From contig CP142730.1 in the NCBI GenBank assembly GCA_036630325.1, forward strand, positions 1 through 64,000: a DNA stretch of 64,000 bases, written 5' to 3'. The position numbers and the translations under genes were made by a program. Position 1 is the first letter of the stretch; each line of letters opens with the position of its first letter. This document shows, piece after piece, positions 1-13,341 of the stretch. The DNA is from Vairimorpha necatrix. Lineage: Eukaryota. The notes below the pieces were generated by a model. The model did no database searches. It saw only the letters and a program-made list of their open reading frames with translations, and was not told the DNA's origin.

Positions 1-2872
1 ACCTAACCTACCTACCTAACCTACCTACCTAACCTACCTAACCTAACCTACCTACCTAACCTACCTAACCTACCTAACCTACCTAACCTACCTAACCTAC
101 CTACCTACCTACCTAACCTACACCTACCTAACCTACCTAACCTACCAACCTACCCTACCTACCTAACCTACCTAACCTAACTACCTAACCTACCTAACCT
201 ACCTAACTCCTAACCTAACCTAACTACCTACCTACCTAACCTAACCTAACCTACCACCACCAACCTACCTAACCTACCTACCTACCTACCTACCTAACCT
301 AACCTACTAACCTACCTACACCTACCTACCTAACCTACCTACCTAACTACCTACCTACCTACCTAACCTACCTACCTAACCTCTAACCTACCTAACCTAA
401 CCTACCAACCTACCTAAACACCTAACCTAACCTAACCTACTAACCTACCAACCCTACCTAACCTACCTAACCTAACCTAACCCTACCTAACCTAACCTAC
501 CTAACCTACCTAACCTACCTAACCTAACCTACCTACCTACCTAACCTAAACTAACCTAAACCTACCTAACCTACTACCTAACCTACCTAACCTAACCTAC
601 CTACCTAACCTAACCTACTACCTAACCTAACCTAACCTAACCTACCTAACCTACCTACCTACCTAACCTAACCTACCTAACCTACCTACCTAACCTACCT
701 ACCTAACCTAACCTACCTACCTACCTAACCTAACCTAACCTAACCTACCTAACCTACCTAACCTACCTACCTACCTACCTAACCTACCTAACCTACCTAA
801 CCTACCTAACCTACCTAACCTACCACCTAACCTACCTAACCTACCTACCTAACCTAACCTACCTACCTAACCTAACCTAACCTACCTACCTAACCTACCT
901 AACCTACCTAACCTACCTACCTACCTACCTAACCTACCTACCTAACCTACCTACCTAACCTAACCTACCTAACCTAACCTACCTAACCTACCTAACCTAC
1001 CTACCTAACCTACCTAACCTAACCTACCTAACCTAACCTACCTAACCTACCTAACCTACCTACCTACCTACCTACCTAACCTACCTACCTACCTACCTAC
1101 CTAACCTACCTAACCTACCTACCTACCTACCTAACCTACCTAACCTACCTAACCTAACCTACCTACCTACCTACCTAACCTAACCTACCTACCTAACCTA
1201 CCTAACCTACCTACCTACCTACCTACCTAACCTACCTAACCTACCTAACCTACCTACCTACCTACCTAACCTAACCTACCTACCTACCTAACCTAACCTA
1301 CCTAACCTACCTAACCTACCTAACCTACCTAACCTACCTACCTAACCTACCTAACCTACCTAACCTACCTAACCTACCTACCTACCTAACCTACCTAACC
1401 TAACCTACCTACCTACCTACCTACCTAACCTACCTAACCTACCTAACCTACCTACCTAACCTAACCTACCTAACCTACCTAACCTACCTAACCTACCTAC
1501 CTACCTAACCTAACCTACCTACCTACCTACCTAACCTACCTAACCTAACCTACCTACCTACCTAACCTACCTAACCTACCTACCTACCTACCTAACCTAA
1601 CCTACCTACCTACCTACCTACCTAACCTACCTAACCTACCTAACCTACCTAACCTACCTAACCTAACCTACCTAACCTACCTAACCTAACCTACCTACCT
1701 ACCTAACCTACCTAACCTACCTACCTAACCTACCTAACCTACCTAACCTACCTACCTAACCTAACCTACCTACCTAACCTACCTAACCTACCTACCTACC
1801 TACCTACCTAACCTACCTAACCTACCTAACCTACCTAACCTACCTAACCTACCTACCTACCTAACCTAACCTACCTACCTACCTAACCTACCTAACCTAC
1901 CTAACCTACCTAACCTACCTACCTACCTAACCTAACCTACCTACCTAACCTACCTAACCTACCTACCTAACCTAACCTACCTAACCTACCTACCTAACCT
2001 ACCTACCTACCTAACCTAACCTACCTACCTACCTAACCTAACCTACCTAACCTACCTAACCTAACCTACCTACCTAACCTACCTAACCTAACCTACCTAA
2101 CCTAACCTACCTACCTACCTAACCTAACCTAACCTACCTAACCTACCTACCTAACCTACCTAACCTAACCTAACCTACCTACCTAACCTACCTAACCTAA
2201 CCTAACCTACCTACCTACCTACCTAACAACCTAAACCTACCTACCTAACCTACCTAACCTAACCTAACCTAACCTACCTACCTACCTAACCTACCTACCT
2301 ACCTAACCTACCTACCTACCTAACCTACCTACCTACCTACCTAACCACCTACCTAACCTAACCTAACCTAACCTAACCTACCTACACCTACCTAACCTAA
2401 CCTACCTAACCTAACCTACTAACCTACTAACCTACCTAACCTACCTAACCTAACCTACTAACCTACCTAACCTACCTAACCTACCTAACCTACCTACCTA
2501 CCTACCTAACCTACCTAACCTAACCTACCTACCTACCTACCTAACCTACCTAACCTAACCTACCTACCTAACCTACCTAACCTACCTAAACCTACCTAAC
2601 CTACCTACCTAACCTACCTAACCTACCTACCTACCTAACCTAACCTAACCTACCTAAACCCTACCTAACCTAAACTACCTAACTACCTACCTACCTACCT
2701 AACTAACCTACTAACCTAACCTACCCACCCTACCTACCCTACCTACCACCACCTACCTAACCACCTAACCACCCTACCCTAACCTACCCCCACCACCACC
2801 TACCTACCACCTACCTAACCTACCTACCTACCCTACCTAACCTACCTAACCTACCCTACCTAACCTACCTAA
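1..2872 (-). repeat. Telomere: irregular mix of CCTAA and CCTA units (TTAGG/TAGG on the G-rich strand)
   Basis: Uninterrupted CCTAA/CCTA array from base 1, C-rich strand at the 5' end as expected for a left chromosome end. Variant units (CCA, CCCTA) accumulate proximally at ~2640-2870. Confidence 0.97.
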
Positions 2873-3033
2873 CACGTAAGCTTTTAGCCCTCAAACCTTC
2901 CTGAATCTTTTGTTTGAAAAAAATTCAGTTACATCAATATGTAACTAAAATAAATAAAAAATGGAAATTTTTAGATAAAATTTATCTAACTATCTTTATA
3001 ATTCAATTATTTTTTTTCAGATTAATGATTATA

Positions 3034-3072
3034 TGTTATACATTTATTTAATATGAAAGTTCAACCCTAAAA
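3034..3072 (-). repeat. 3' LTR (39 bp) of the telomere-proximal gypsy element
   Basis: tgttatacatttatttaatatgaaagttcaaccctaaaa matches 6150-6187 (first 20 nt identical) and abuts the PPT. Confidence 0.82.
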
Positions 3073-3149
3073 TCCCCCACCAAACGGGTAGTCTCACGTT
3101 ACAAGCTTCTAATTTTCCATTTTTATAATCTTTTAGGTCATAATGTTGT

Positions 3150-5470
3150 TTCTTAATGTATCTTCAGCTATCAGTCCTTACAATATAAGAATTATTCTCA
3201 GACTTTCCCCTCCTTTTATCAACATTTGTAAATCTTCCTTTCATACTTTTCATCTATTTACCCTTGTTTTCTCTTATTGCAATTCTCACAGCCTGATCTA
3301 CTTCAAATTTTTCTCTATGCCTTAATTTAAAATTACTTGAATACACACCCTTTTTATTGTTTTCAATAAAGACTTATTTTCCTTGTTCTTTCCATGCTTC
3401 AATTGTGTTGAATTAATCGCTCTGTGTAAGAATTATTAGTTCTTACAGCTTGTTCTAGTTTTTCCTCTGGGTTTCCTTCTTTTTCATGGATCATCGATTC
3501 CCTTATTGTTCAAATACATCGTTCTATTCTTCCATTACTCCTATGAGCTTCTAAACCTACTTTCTATTGCATAATTTCGTTTACTTTACACCAAGTTACA
3601 AACTTATTACTGACAAATTCCTTACCGTTATCCGTAAAATATTCATCTGTGTATCCATCTTCCTTAAACAATTTTTTCTAAAATTTTCGTAATAACATCA
3701 CTTCTCTAATTTTTCATCTTTGCGCCCCATACTCTTTTAGAAAAGTAGTCAGTCCCTGCATAGCACGTATCTTTCCTTTTCTGCAATATCCATTACGTAT
3801 AAACTACTTTTTCTAATTTCTTAAATATTGTTACAAAATTTCAACCTCCGGTCGTTTTTCTGTTATTAAAACTCATACTTCACAATTTTTTAGCGTTGTG
3901 GTTATCTGGTCCAATACTTGGCCAGTACAATCTTTGTTTTTCCTTATAATAAGTTTTTTTCACTTCTCGATGATTTAATTTCTCAGGAACTCTACGAATT
4001 TCTGTTCTCACTTATTTCTTTGTGTTGTATTTATTAATTTCTCCTGTTGAGAACTTCCATAAGTTTTTGCTTTCACTTTTAACCATGCGCTTTTTTTCTT
4101 TCCCTTTCATTTGTTTTTGGTCCGTTTCTCTCTTTCGCCTTTTTCAATTACTTCGTTATTTTTTAATTGTCTACTAAGAGCATACACATAATCATCAATT
4201 CTCGTTTTACATATTCAATAGTAAAATCGATCTCTTGTATATATTCTATCCATCTCTTAATTATGTAATTAGTGAAAGACGGTTTGTTCTAATCTCGGCC
4301 ATTTCTTTATGATTTGTCATTTATTAAAATTTTCTTCCTCCAAAACTGACTCAAATTTCTTTATTTCAAATAGCACTGCCAACATCTCTTTTTCGCTAAT
4401 CGTATACTTTTTTTCTGTTGGTGTTAACATTTTTGATGCCCATTGTATCGGAATCCACCTTTCTTTCTTATCTTCTTGGAATAGTATGGCTCCAATTCAC
4501 GTATCGCATGCATCCGTTCTTAACTAAATATTTTTACACTATCTACTATTTTTAAGATTTTCACACCCTTTAAACCCTCTTTGATATCAAAAAAAGCTCT
4601 TTCCATATCTTAGGATCATTCCTATTTACTATCTATTTTTAGTGCTTCTGTAAAATTCGCTGAACGATAAGCATAACGGGGAATAAAATCTCTAAACCAG
4701 CCTGCCCGTTCTTTAAATCATCTAAGATCTTTTATGTTTTTAGGCCTTCTGTATTCTAATGTCTCTTGCTTTTTTATTTCGTCAGTTTAATGTCTTCTCC
4801 GTTAATTGTTTCTCCAAGTAGTTATACTTCTCCTTTATATTGCATCTTTTTAAGTTTCTTTTAATCCACATTCGTTAAATTTTCGAATTACTTGTTTTAA
4901 TAAATTTTCGTGTATATTACTATCTCTTGCATGAATAACAATATCATCCATGTACAACTCAAACACAACAGCCTCTGAACTTATCTAAAACTCCGTTCAT
5001 CACTCTTTGCATAATATAAGGAGATTTTTAAATCCCATTACCATGCCATTCCATTCGTAAACTCTAACATTTATCTCAAAAGCTGTCTTATGCTTTTGAG
5101 CTTTCTAAATTTCTATATGATAGAATCCTCCTTTTAGGTCTATAACCAAAAATACTTTAGAACCTTGATGCCCTACTAAGGTCTCTAACAATGGCAATTC
5201 ATACGGATCTTTTTATTCCAGTTCATTATAAGCCATCAAATTGCTTCTCAATTGTACTTCACCATTTGGTAATTTTATGGGCTTAATTGGGCTTATCCAT
5301 TCGCTCTTTGTCCTTCTGATAATACCTCTACTTTAATAAATTAATATACTTTTCTCGATTATTATAAGAAATATTTTTTACTTTTTTACTAATTTCACTC
5401 ATTGTTTTGTTTTGATAGAACATTTTCTCCCTGTTAAGTATTTTATTTTCCCTTTGTCTTTTCCTAATAC
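3150..5470 (-). pseudogene. pol: pol pseudogene (reverse transcriptase, RNase H, integrase) with many stops and frameshifts
   Basis: Minus-strand translations. RT: VIDLKGGFYHIEI (~5110-5150), KTAFEINVRVYEWNGMVMGFKN (~5025-5090), YMDD (4943-4954). RNase H: LRTDACDT*IGAILFQ and PIQWASKMLTPTEKKYTISEKEMLAV (~4375-4523). Integrase: YWPS, DYFSK, FTDNGKEF (~3615-3640), HRSNGRIER (~3520-3547). Confidence 0.93.
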
Positions 5471-5471
5471 C

Positions 5472-6150
5472 TCAGAAATTTTCCTTCCATTCTTCATATT
5501 TATTAATATTTTTTCTCTTTTTATCTTGGTTTGTATTTTTTACGTAAAAACCGTCTCTTGAGTTATCTCTTTCTACATCCACTAGTAGTCTCAATTTAAA
5601 ATCATTTCCTTTTAATATTTTCATTTTACTATTATCACGAATCCCAAAATATTTAACACTTTTATTTTCATTATTCTCTTCATGTCTTCCTTTACGCTCC
5701 ATACAACCTCTAGCTATATGTATAATTCTTCCACATATAAAACAATGGTTTTCTTCTCGTCTTTGATATTGAAAGTTTCTTCCCGTCACTGTTACAGTCC
5801 TAGTCAGTTATTCTTTAATCTTCTTTTTAATTTTTCTTTCATAACCTCTACCATATCTTCGAGTTCTCTACTCCTTAATTTTTCCTTGTTCTTATTCTCT
5901 TTCTTTTCAACAACTAATTTATCAATTTCATCAATAATATTATTCCAATTAATCATAATGATTAAATTTTTATCAATAATAAAATCCTAAAGTTCAGAAC
6001 TTACTTGTTTTATCGACTGCTTCGTTGTCACATCTTTTACATCTTTCTGCATTCCGATGATTGCTTCTACTCTCTGAGCTTCTTTTAGTAATTTTCTATC
6101 TCCTAAACACAGGTCTCACTTGTTACCCTTTCGTCTTTTGTGTTTGCCAT
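5472..6150 (-). pseudogene. gag: Short gag pseudogene with CCHC zinc knuckle
   Basis: ORF 5472-5789 contains CFICGRIIHIARGC (CX2CX4HX4C). A K/E-rich broken frame extends back to an ATG at 6150-6148. Confidence 0.8.
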
Positions 6151-6187
6151 GTTATACATTTATTTAATAGGAGGTTCAACTTTAACA
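6150..6187 (-). repeat. 5' LTR (38 bp) of the telomere-proximal gypsy element
   Basis: Minus strand TGTTAAAGTTGAACCTCCTATTAAATAAATGTATAACA: TG...CA ends, contains AATAAA, followed directly by TGG (PBS position). Confidence 0.82.
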
Positions 6188-9100
6188 TTATAATTAAAAC
6201 ACAAAGTATTTTTGGTGTAATTCTGCGAATAAATTTATGTAATAATATATTGTAAAAGTAGTAAATTACTTCTTTAATTTGTAATATATATTATTGTAAA
6301 AAAGGTCATTCTTGTGTTTTAAGATATTTTTTTTTACTGGAAATATTCGTATTATACTAAAAAAATAATATTTTAGGGATATTATACAAATAACTTAAAT
6401 CTCGAATGATGTACTACGCATAAATACAGACACAGGAGCTTATACTCTTCGGAAAGCCTATAAAAACCACTTTGAAAAAAAAATTAAATCATTATTCCAA
6501 GAAAGTAAAAGGACGTAAAAATTTGGAAACATTAAGGACTAGATTCTAGTGTTTGTTTGAAAATACAATACGAATAACTAATTACATTTGAATATTTCAT
6601 TATAAAATTATGTTATATTGCAATAGAACAATGAAAGTAATTATGATTTATTTAAATTAATATGATCTAATTTATTTTTATAAAATAAAAAATTTTAGAA
6701 AAAAATTGTTTTTTTATATTTTGTTATTGAACAATTATATCTACTCAGCTGCTGCATAAACATGCGGCTTCTTCTAATGTAAAATCTTATTTATCTATGT
6801 ATTTGCCCAACTTTTCAGGAAGTCTTTTATAATTACAATTGTTATTGTGTCTATTTTTTATGTTTTCTTTAGGATTCAATTTTTTATGGTAGAAAATAAA
6901 AATTTTAAAAATAAGAGGGAGTGAAAATATTGGATAATTGAAAAATACATCCTATTAATAATATATTTGATTATATGATCATAATACCATAGATATGTTT
7001 TGTTTATACTTTTATATTTTCTTTTATAACTGTTAGATTTACTTCTTGCTTGATCTTCATAAAATTTTTTATTATGAAGAGAACTTATTTGATATTATTG
7101 ATAACCAGTTAAAATTGATATATTTTTTGCGATTAAGATATGTTGTATATTTAAAATTATTGCGTAAAAAAGGCGAATAGTTTAAAAGTAACCTATCATT
7201 ATCTATGAAAATGTTTTACATAATGTGTTATGTTAAAATGTTATTTTTTATGATAAAACCAATACATGGATTATTAAAAAACTCTAATTTTTAATTAAAT
7301 CATTAGATTGATTTCATTCTACGAAAATCAAAATGCTTATTCCAATTAAAATTCATAAATATTTTTTTGTTAAAATATTTACAATTTAATTTTTCAATTT
7401 ATTATATTTTTTTTTTCTCAATAAATATTTAAAGTAATATAATTTAATAATTATTAGAAATCGTCAACCGCATCTATGTTTAATATGTATTTGGGTTTAT
7501 GCATTAAAATATTTTAATTAAACTTTTTTTTTTCATTATTGAAGATAAGATTTGTTTTTTAATTTATATGCTCTTACATTATATTAATCTTAAATTTATA
7601 TAAATATATATTAATTAGTTGCATTGGGTTTTGTTTATACTTTTTATTAACCCTTCTTAGCTCTTATTGATTTATATTTTTTAATTCTTCGGTTAGTGTA
7701 AATTTTTTTCAATAAAATTACTAATTCTGTATTTTTTTTTAATTTTATTTTTATCATACTTTAAAAATAATAAATACGTGGAATATATGATGTTTACTAG
7801 AAAAATTCAAATGAAGAAATACGAAATTTATTTCCAGCCTACTTTTGTGTATAAATTTACAATTTGTATATATATTGATTATCTTATCATTTGAAATGTA
7901 TTTAATATGTTTTCTGACCATTATTAGATTTATTTCTTAATTATTTATCATTATTTTCATTGAAATAATTTTTTGTTTTGATATTTTATAATTTTTTTCA
8001 GTCTATAACCAAAAATTTCAAAATACTGTTGTAATAAATGATAACAGAATGAAATGTCGTTTGTTGTGTTCCTCTATATATGTTTATATTTTATTTTCGT
8101 CGTATGTCTTTATGTTTCTTTGAGACTTTAAATTTTTATTTATAAATTTTCTTGATATTATTTGGTTTATAAATGCTAAATTTTTATAATAATTTTAAAA
8201 ACTTAAGTTAAGCATAAAAAATGAGTTTACAAATATGAAGAGCTTTCCAATGTTTCATTGCGATAATTAGTATTGAATGTTTACTATAAGAATAATTTAA
8301 ATCATTTTTGAAATTTTTTGAAATATTGATAGTTTTTTGATAACTTTAATCTACAATTTTCTAAAACCCTCCGTGATATGGTTTCCTTTAAAATACAAAT
8401 ATATAAAAATTTTTAATATTTTTATAAATTTTTCGTTATTGAATCATATGTTTTCGTGTAGGTTGTATATATCATCATGTTTAATAATGTAGGTGTAATA
8501 TATTGCATTTTAAATTTTCGATTGATACATTATTTTTAAAAAAAGATAAAGTCGTTATATGTTCTAAAACTATTACTTATACTAATCAGTCGTATGTGTA
8601 TTATTATGAGCGAAATTTGAAAATATAAAATTATATTTAATGATCAAAAAATATTATTTTCGTTTTAGTGGTTGAGACTTCTAGATTAATTAGTCGTGAA
8701 AATTTAATTGTATAAAAATTTCCTTCTTTTTACTAATCTAAAATTATTTGAATGTTTAGTTTGAATTTTTTTATTAACTATTCTAGATGAAAATATTTAT
8801 TTTCAAAACGAGTTTTAGTCCAATACGTTTTTTTTAAAAAAAATTATCCTACTACTTTAAATATATTTTCTTTTTAAAATTATTTTTGTAATATTAACCC
8901 CAATTATCTTTATTGAAAGTGCATTTCGAAATATATTAGTTTTTTCAAAGATTTTTATTGGCATTATTTTATTTTACTTGTAGGTCAATCTTTGTGTATT
9001 AAAAATTTATATTGAAGTATAATTTTTCTTGACCTTTTCATACTTAGAATTAATCTAACGCATTTTATTGAACTATACAATATATAATATCAAAATTAAA

Positions 9101-12100
9101 TTTCAATTTTTCTTCAAAAATATTGATTATAACAGTTATATAAAATTTTTGATTCAAAAAATTTAAATATCTGATAATTATAAGACAAAGAACAAAATTT
9201 TTTATTTTATAAGAGGAATTTTTAAGTTTTTCTTTTAACTAATAATATTTCATTTTTATGCTAAATAATATAAATTTTTTTTTTTATTTAAATATGTGTA
9301 AATGAATTCTTATATATTCTAAAAATTTAATTTCTTAAGAATACTTGTAAATTTTTTAAACTAACGATATATAAATATTATTTAGGTGTTTTTTCTAAGA
9401 TTCTTATTTGTTTTCCTGAAGTATTATCATATTGTTAATATTTAATATATGCAATTCAAACTTTTCGAATTTTTTTATTTTTTTGTAAATAATCTTGAAA
9501 ACGTCCAGGTGAAATATTATATAGTATTATAGTTAAGAAATACTTATTCTAAATTAACGTGTTTTTATAAGTTTTTTAATTTAAATTAAGCAAGTGTTAA
9601 TCATTTTATATTATGTTATTACTCTTTATATTACTTTAAATTATTTTCTGCTTAAATATATAAATTTTGAAAATTATATTCCGTTAGCGTGTAACTATGG
9701 CATAAAAGATTTTTTAATAAATATAGCATTTTATAATTAATTTTTTTATTGTTATTAAATGTATTGGATTTATATGCATTTCTATTCTACTCCCCTCATT
9801 ATTTTTGTTTTATTTTTTTGAGATATGCGACGCCTTTTTCAAAATCTCGAACCCATTTTACAGCAACCTTATATTAAATTGTATGAGCTATTGTTTTTAT
9901 TTAATTATTCATAATTGAAAATAAACTTATTATTTCTTATTATATTATAATATGGAAAATATATTTAAGTAGGGGTTCCCTAGGATTTTTAAAATCAATT
10001 ACATAAATGTCGTTTCTAAGTAAAATTCTTTTTACTGTTGCTGAACGATTTTACAATGAATAGGTTTTATTTTATATTGTTAATTTAAATAATTTTCATC
10101 AATTCTTCTAATTATAATTAAATAAATGATTTTCTAATGATTATATAATTTTACGATAATTGTTGATTGAATTTTAAATTTTTTTTTCTTTCGTAAATGA
10201 ACTTTTTTATAATATTTCGATCTTCATACGTAAATTTTAATCTAAATATTATATAAAAAAATTATACTTTACGGATTTAGAAGGTATTATATACAACAAA
10301 AGAGCAATTCTTAAATATTTAACCGATAGATATTTGAATTGTTTTATTTTTTTATTTCAATTAATAATAAAATAATATATTTTTATAAATATGATAAAAG
10401 TATTAATGATTTTACTTTTTAGAATTTTTTGGTCATAATTTCTAATTTTGTGTGGTCAATATGATTGTAAACAACAAATTAATATTTGTGACAATTGTTT
10501 TTTACCAACTTCGTTTTAAAAAGTCTACAATGTTTTATAACTGAAACTTCTTTAGAATTCTATAAACCAAAAAAATGTAATATACGAGGTCAATCTTAAT
10601 TCGTTTAAAATTTTTATATAATATTTGTTTTCGTTTTTTTACCATTAGTAATTATTATACTTAATAACGTGTACATATTGGTCATATATAAATATAATAT
10701 AGTTGATTTTTTAGTATAATTTTTATTTAAAAAATCGTCTGATATGTTCTAGATAATTAAAAAAACTTCATTGCATGTGTTAAGTGTACCTAAATAATAC
10801 TATATGCAATATTGGGATTTTTTTTGTTTATCTTGGCGTAGATTTTAATATAAAAGAAAATTGTATTTCATCTAATATCTTGATCGTATATCTTTATTTT
10901 GAATTCTTTGTATTTATCTTGCAAAGCAATATGTATAAATCATATGTATATCTTTTCTTTATAATACCTTTACTATCTAGTTATAATAAATGAATATTAT
11001 TTGTATCACTTCTAAAACAGTGCTATATTGATCGTAAAAGAAATTTTATTTGTTTGCTTTCGTATTTATACCAAATGAAAAAGCGAAAGATCAAATTTAA
11101 ATTATCTTGTTATTACCTACGTTGTAAATTTAGATAGATTGTAGAGTTCGTTTTAAAAATATTTTTTCTTATAACTAATATGCTCCTTCTTATTTTTTCT
11201 TTATTTCTCTGTTCTTCATAGATAAAACTTTGAAGACTAAAAATATTTTACTATTAATAACTTTATGATTATGTACTTGCTTCATAGATATTCCTTGCCC
11301 TTCATACACAAACTTTTTTTTTAAATTTTATTTTTATTGTAATCATTTTTTAGCCACGTAAGTTAAAGGTTAATTATTTTGCATGGATAAACACATATTG
11401 TAAATTTTTCATTTTTTGTTGTATTATTGATGTGTTGGAACGTTGTTGGTGAATATTTGACAGAGTAAACTTTGAAAACTGTCCTTATGATGTAATCGTT
11501 ATTACACACTTCCATAAAACCTTTGTATTTAGTTTATCAAGTTTTGGTATATTTAACATTAATTAAATGCTTTAATGCATATACATAAATTATTTTAAAT
11601 AGATTTATAATAAAATTTCTTGTATATAAATATGTCCTAATTCTTTCAACAAATATATTGTTAGACTAAATTATATGTCTTAAATGATTGTTATAAAGTG
11701 TCAGACATTTCTTGTAATTAAATCACTCAATGATTGTGTTTTAATTTCTTTTTGAAAGAATCTAATTTACTTGTTTTGAAAAATATGTTTTTACCTTGCA
11801 AAAAGAAGTAAATATTGCGTTTAATTAACGTATTTGTCTAAAGCCGAATTAATATGTTTAACTTTACTTCAATTTTTTATTTTTATGTCGATTCTGCACA
11901 TAATGCGTTTCATAATTATTTTATATACAGCAAATTATATACTTACGTACTCATATGAAAAGACAAATAAATCTAAATTTCTTAAAATATTAATTATACA
12001 GATACATACGTTGGCAACCTCTAAAAAAAATGTACTAAATTGTGCAAGAAATAATTTTCAAAATAACAATATTAATATTTTCTTCAGATGTGTGAGGCTG

Positions 12101-12716
12101 CAGACCTGCACTGACGAATCTTGTTTATAATTAAATAATGATTATTGGTGCTGTCAATATCTCAGAGCATTGTAAATAAACATTAGACATGTTTGACATT
12201 CACAAACTAAAAGTAAGAAAAGTGCATGTCACATAAAGTGCTACGTTTTTAGTTGAACTATGGTTTTTTATTTGTTTACATCTCAAGGAGATTGACAGTT
12301 AATCTAATTAACTATTTAAACGGAATTTACCCCTGACCTACAATTCCGATGAGCAGCAAAACAAACAAATAATATAAATCAATATGTTAGTTTAGACTCA
12401 CCACTTCAACTTCGGATCAGCCTTCATGCCGGATATTAGATGTGTAGATACTCCATAAAGAAAAAAAATATTAATTTGTCATATATTTATTTCTTGTTTT
12501 TATGTTTAATTCTGAGGTATTGCCCGGGAGTTGGCCGTTCCTCAGATAGCATTCTATAATGCTTCTCCCGGGTATTAAAGTTTTATTATATTAAAGTTGT
12601 TATTAAATCTGCTTCCTTGGGCTTTATCTTCCCTTTTCTGGGGATGCATTGATTGATACTGCTGATTTCTAGACTCCTCTGTTCTTCTTGACATATTTTG
12701 GTGGGGGTAAAAATAA

Positions 12717-13341
12717 TAAAAGATTTATTGAGTTAATTTTCAATTATGTTTAGATATTCATAGCACAGCTTTCCCCGGTATCGCTCATGGGATTCAGCTC
12801 TTCACAGACTTTGGTTTCTGTGGAATTATTAATGTTTTCCAACTTCACTTTAGCAGCTTCATTCCCCTTTGCCGACACCACTTCTTTAACAGTCGCCATA
12901 TTCGCTAGTGCGCTTACAGCTCTAGCCACTTCTTCTTCTCCTGCATCCTCATGATCGTATCCTCGTCGTCGTTCCAAAGAGATGGACTCTAGAGTCTTCT
13001 TCATCACAATAGACTGGATATATGCTTCCAGGTAGGGTTGGATTTCTAGCTCCTTGATGTACTTTCTGTGATATTTGGTCACCACTCCATCCCATGTCAT
13101 TACATAAGGAACTATTCTTGTCCGGGATTTATGTATTAGTCCCAGTTCATTTGCAAGAAGGTCATATTTTCTTAGTTTTTCATTCTCAACTATAGTAAGT
13201 CGATCCTGGTTGGTTATACCAACTTCAACTATTATAATTTCTTTCTTCTTCTTGTCAAACACAAGAATATCAGGCTTATTATGGGTTACCTTTATATTAG
13301 TGGATATTCTCGTATCTACTCTTATTTCTGCACGATCATTT
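12717..13341 (-). mobile_element. 5'-truncated RLE-type non-LTR retrotransposon (R4/Dong-like), family A; endonuclease domain in an open frame
   Basis: ORF 12750-13341 has KPDILVFDKKKKEIIIVEVGIT...EKLRKYDLLANEL...PYVMTWDG (PD-(D/E)xK restriction-like endonuclease). 33-nt 3' UTR with AATAAA. 11-bp TSD GGTAAAAATAA at 12706-12716 and 13342-13352. Confidence 0.9.

Larger units (their letters stand above)
3034..6187 (-). mobile_element. Decayed full-length Ty3/gypsy LTR retrotransposon with very short LTRs
   Basis: Direct repeats at 3034-3072 and 6150-6187 (TG...CA in the upstream copy). TTATA TSD at 3029-3033 and 6188-6192. Purine tract GGTGGGGGA (3073-3081, minus). Internal order gag-RT-RNaseH-IN. 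Confidence 0.9.

Noticed and set aside
4309-4527. Plus-strand ORFs at 3143, 4309, 5682 and 6061
   Set aside because: Antisense shadows of the minus-strand gag-pol relic.
12085-12150. Possible hammerhead ribozyme (CTGACGA after a short hairpin)
   Set aside because: No GAAA core after the putative stem II.
12325-12345. CCCTGACCTAC as a telomerase RNA template
   Set aside because: Imperfect, too short, and no telomerase-type U-A triple pseudoknot can be shown.
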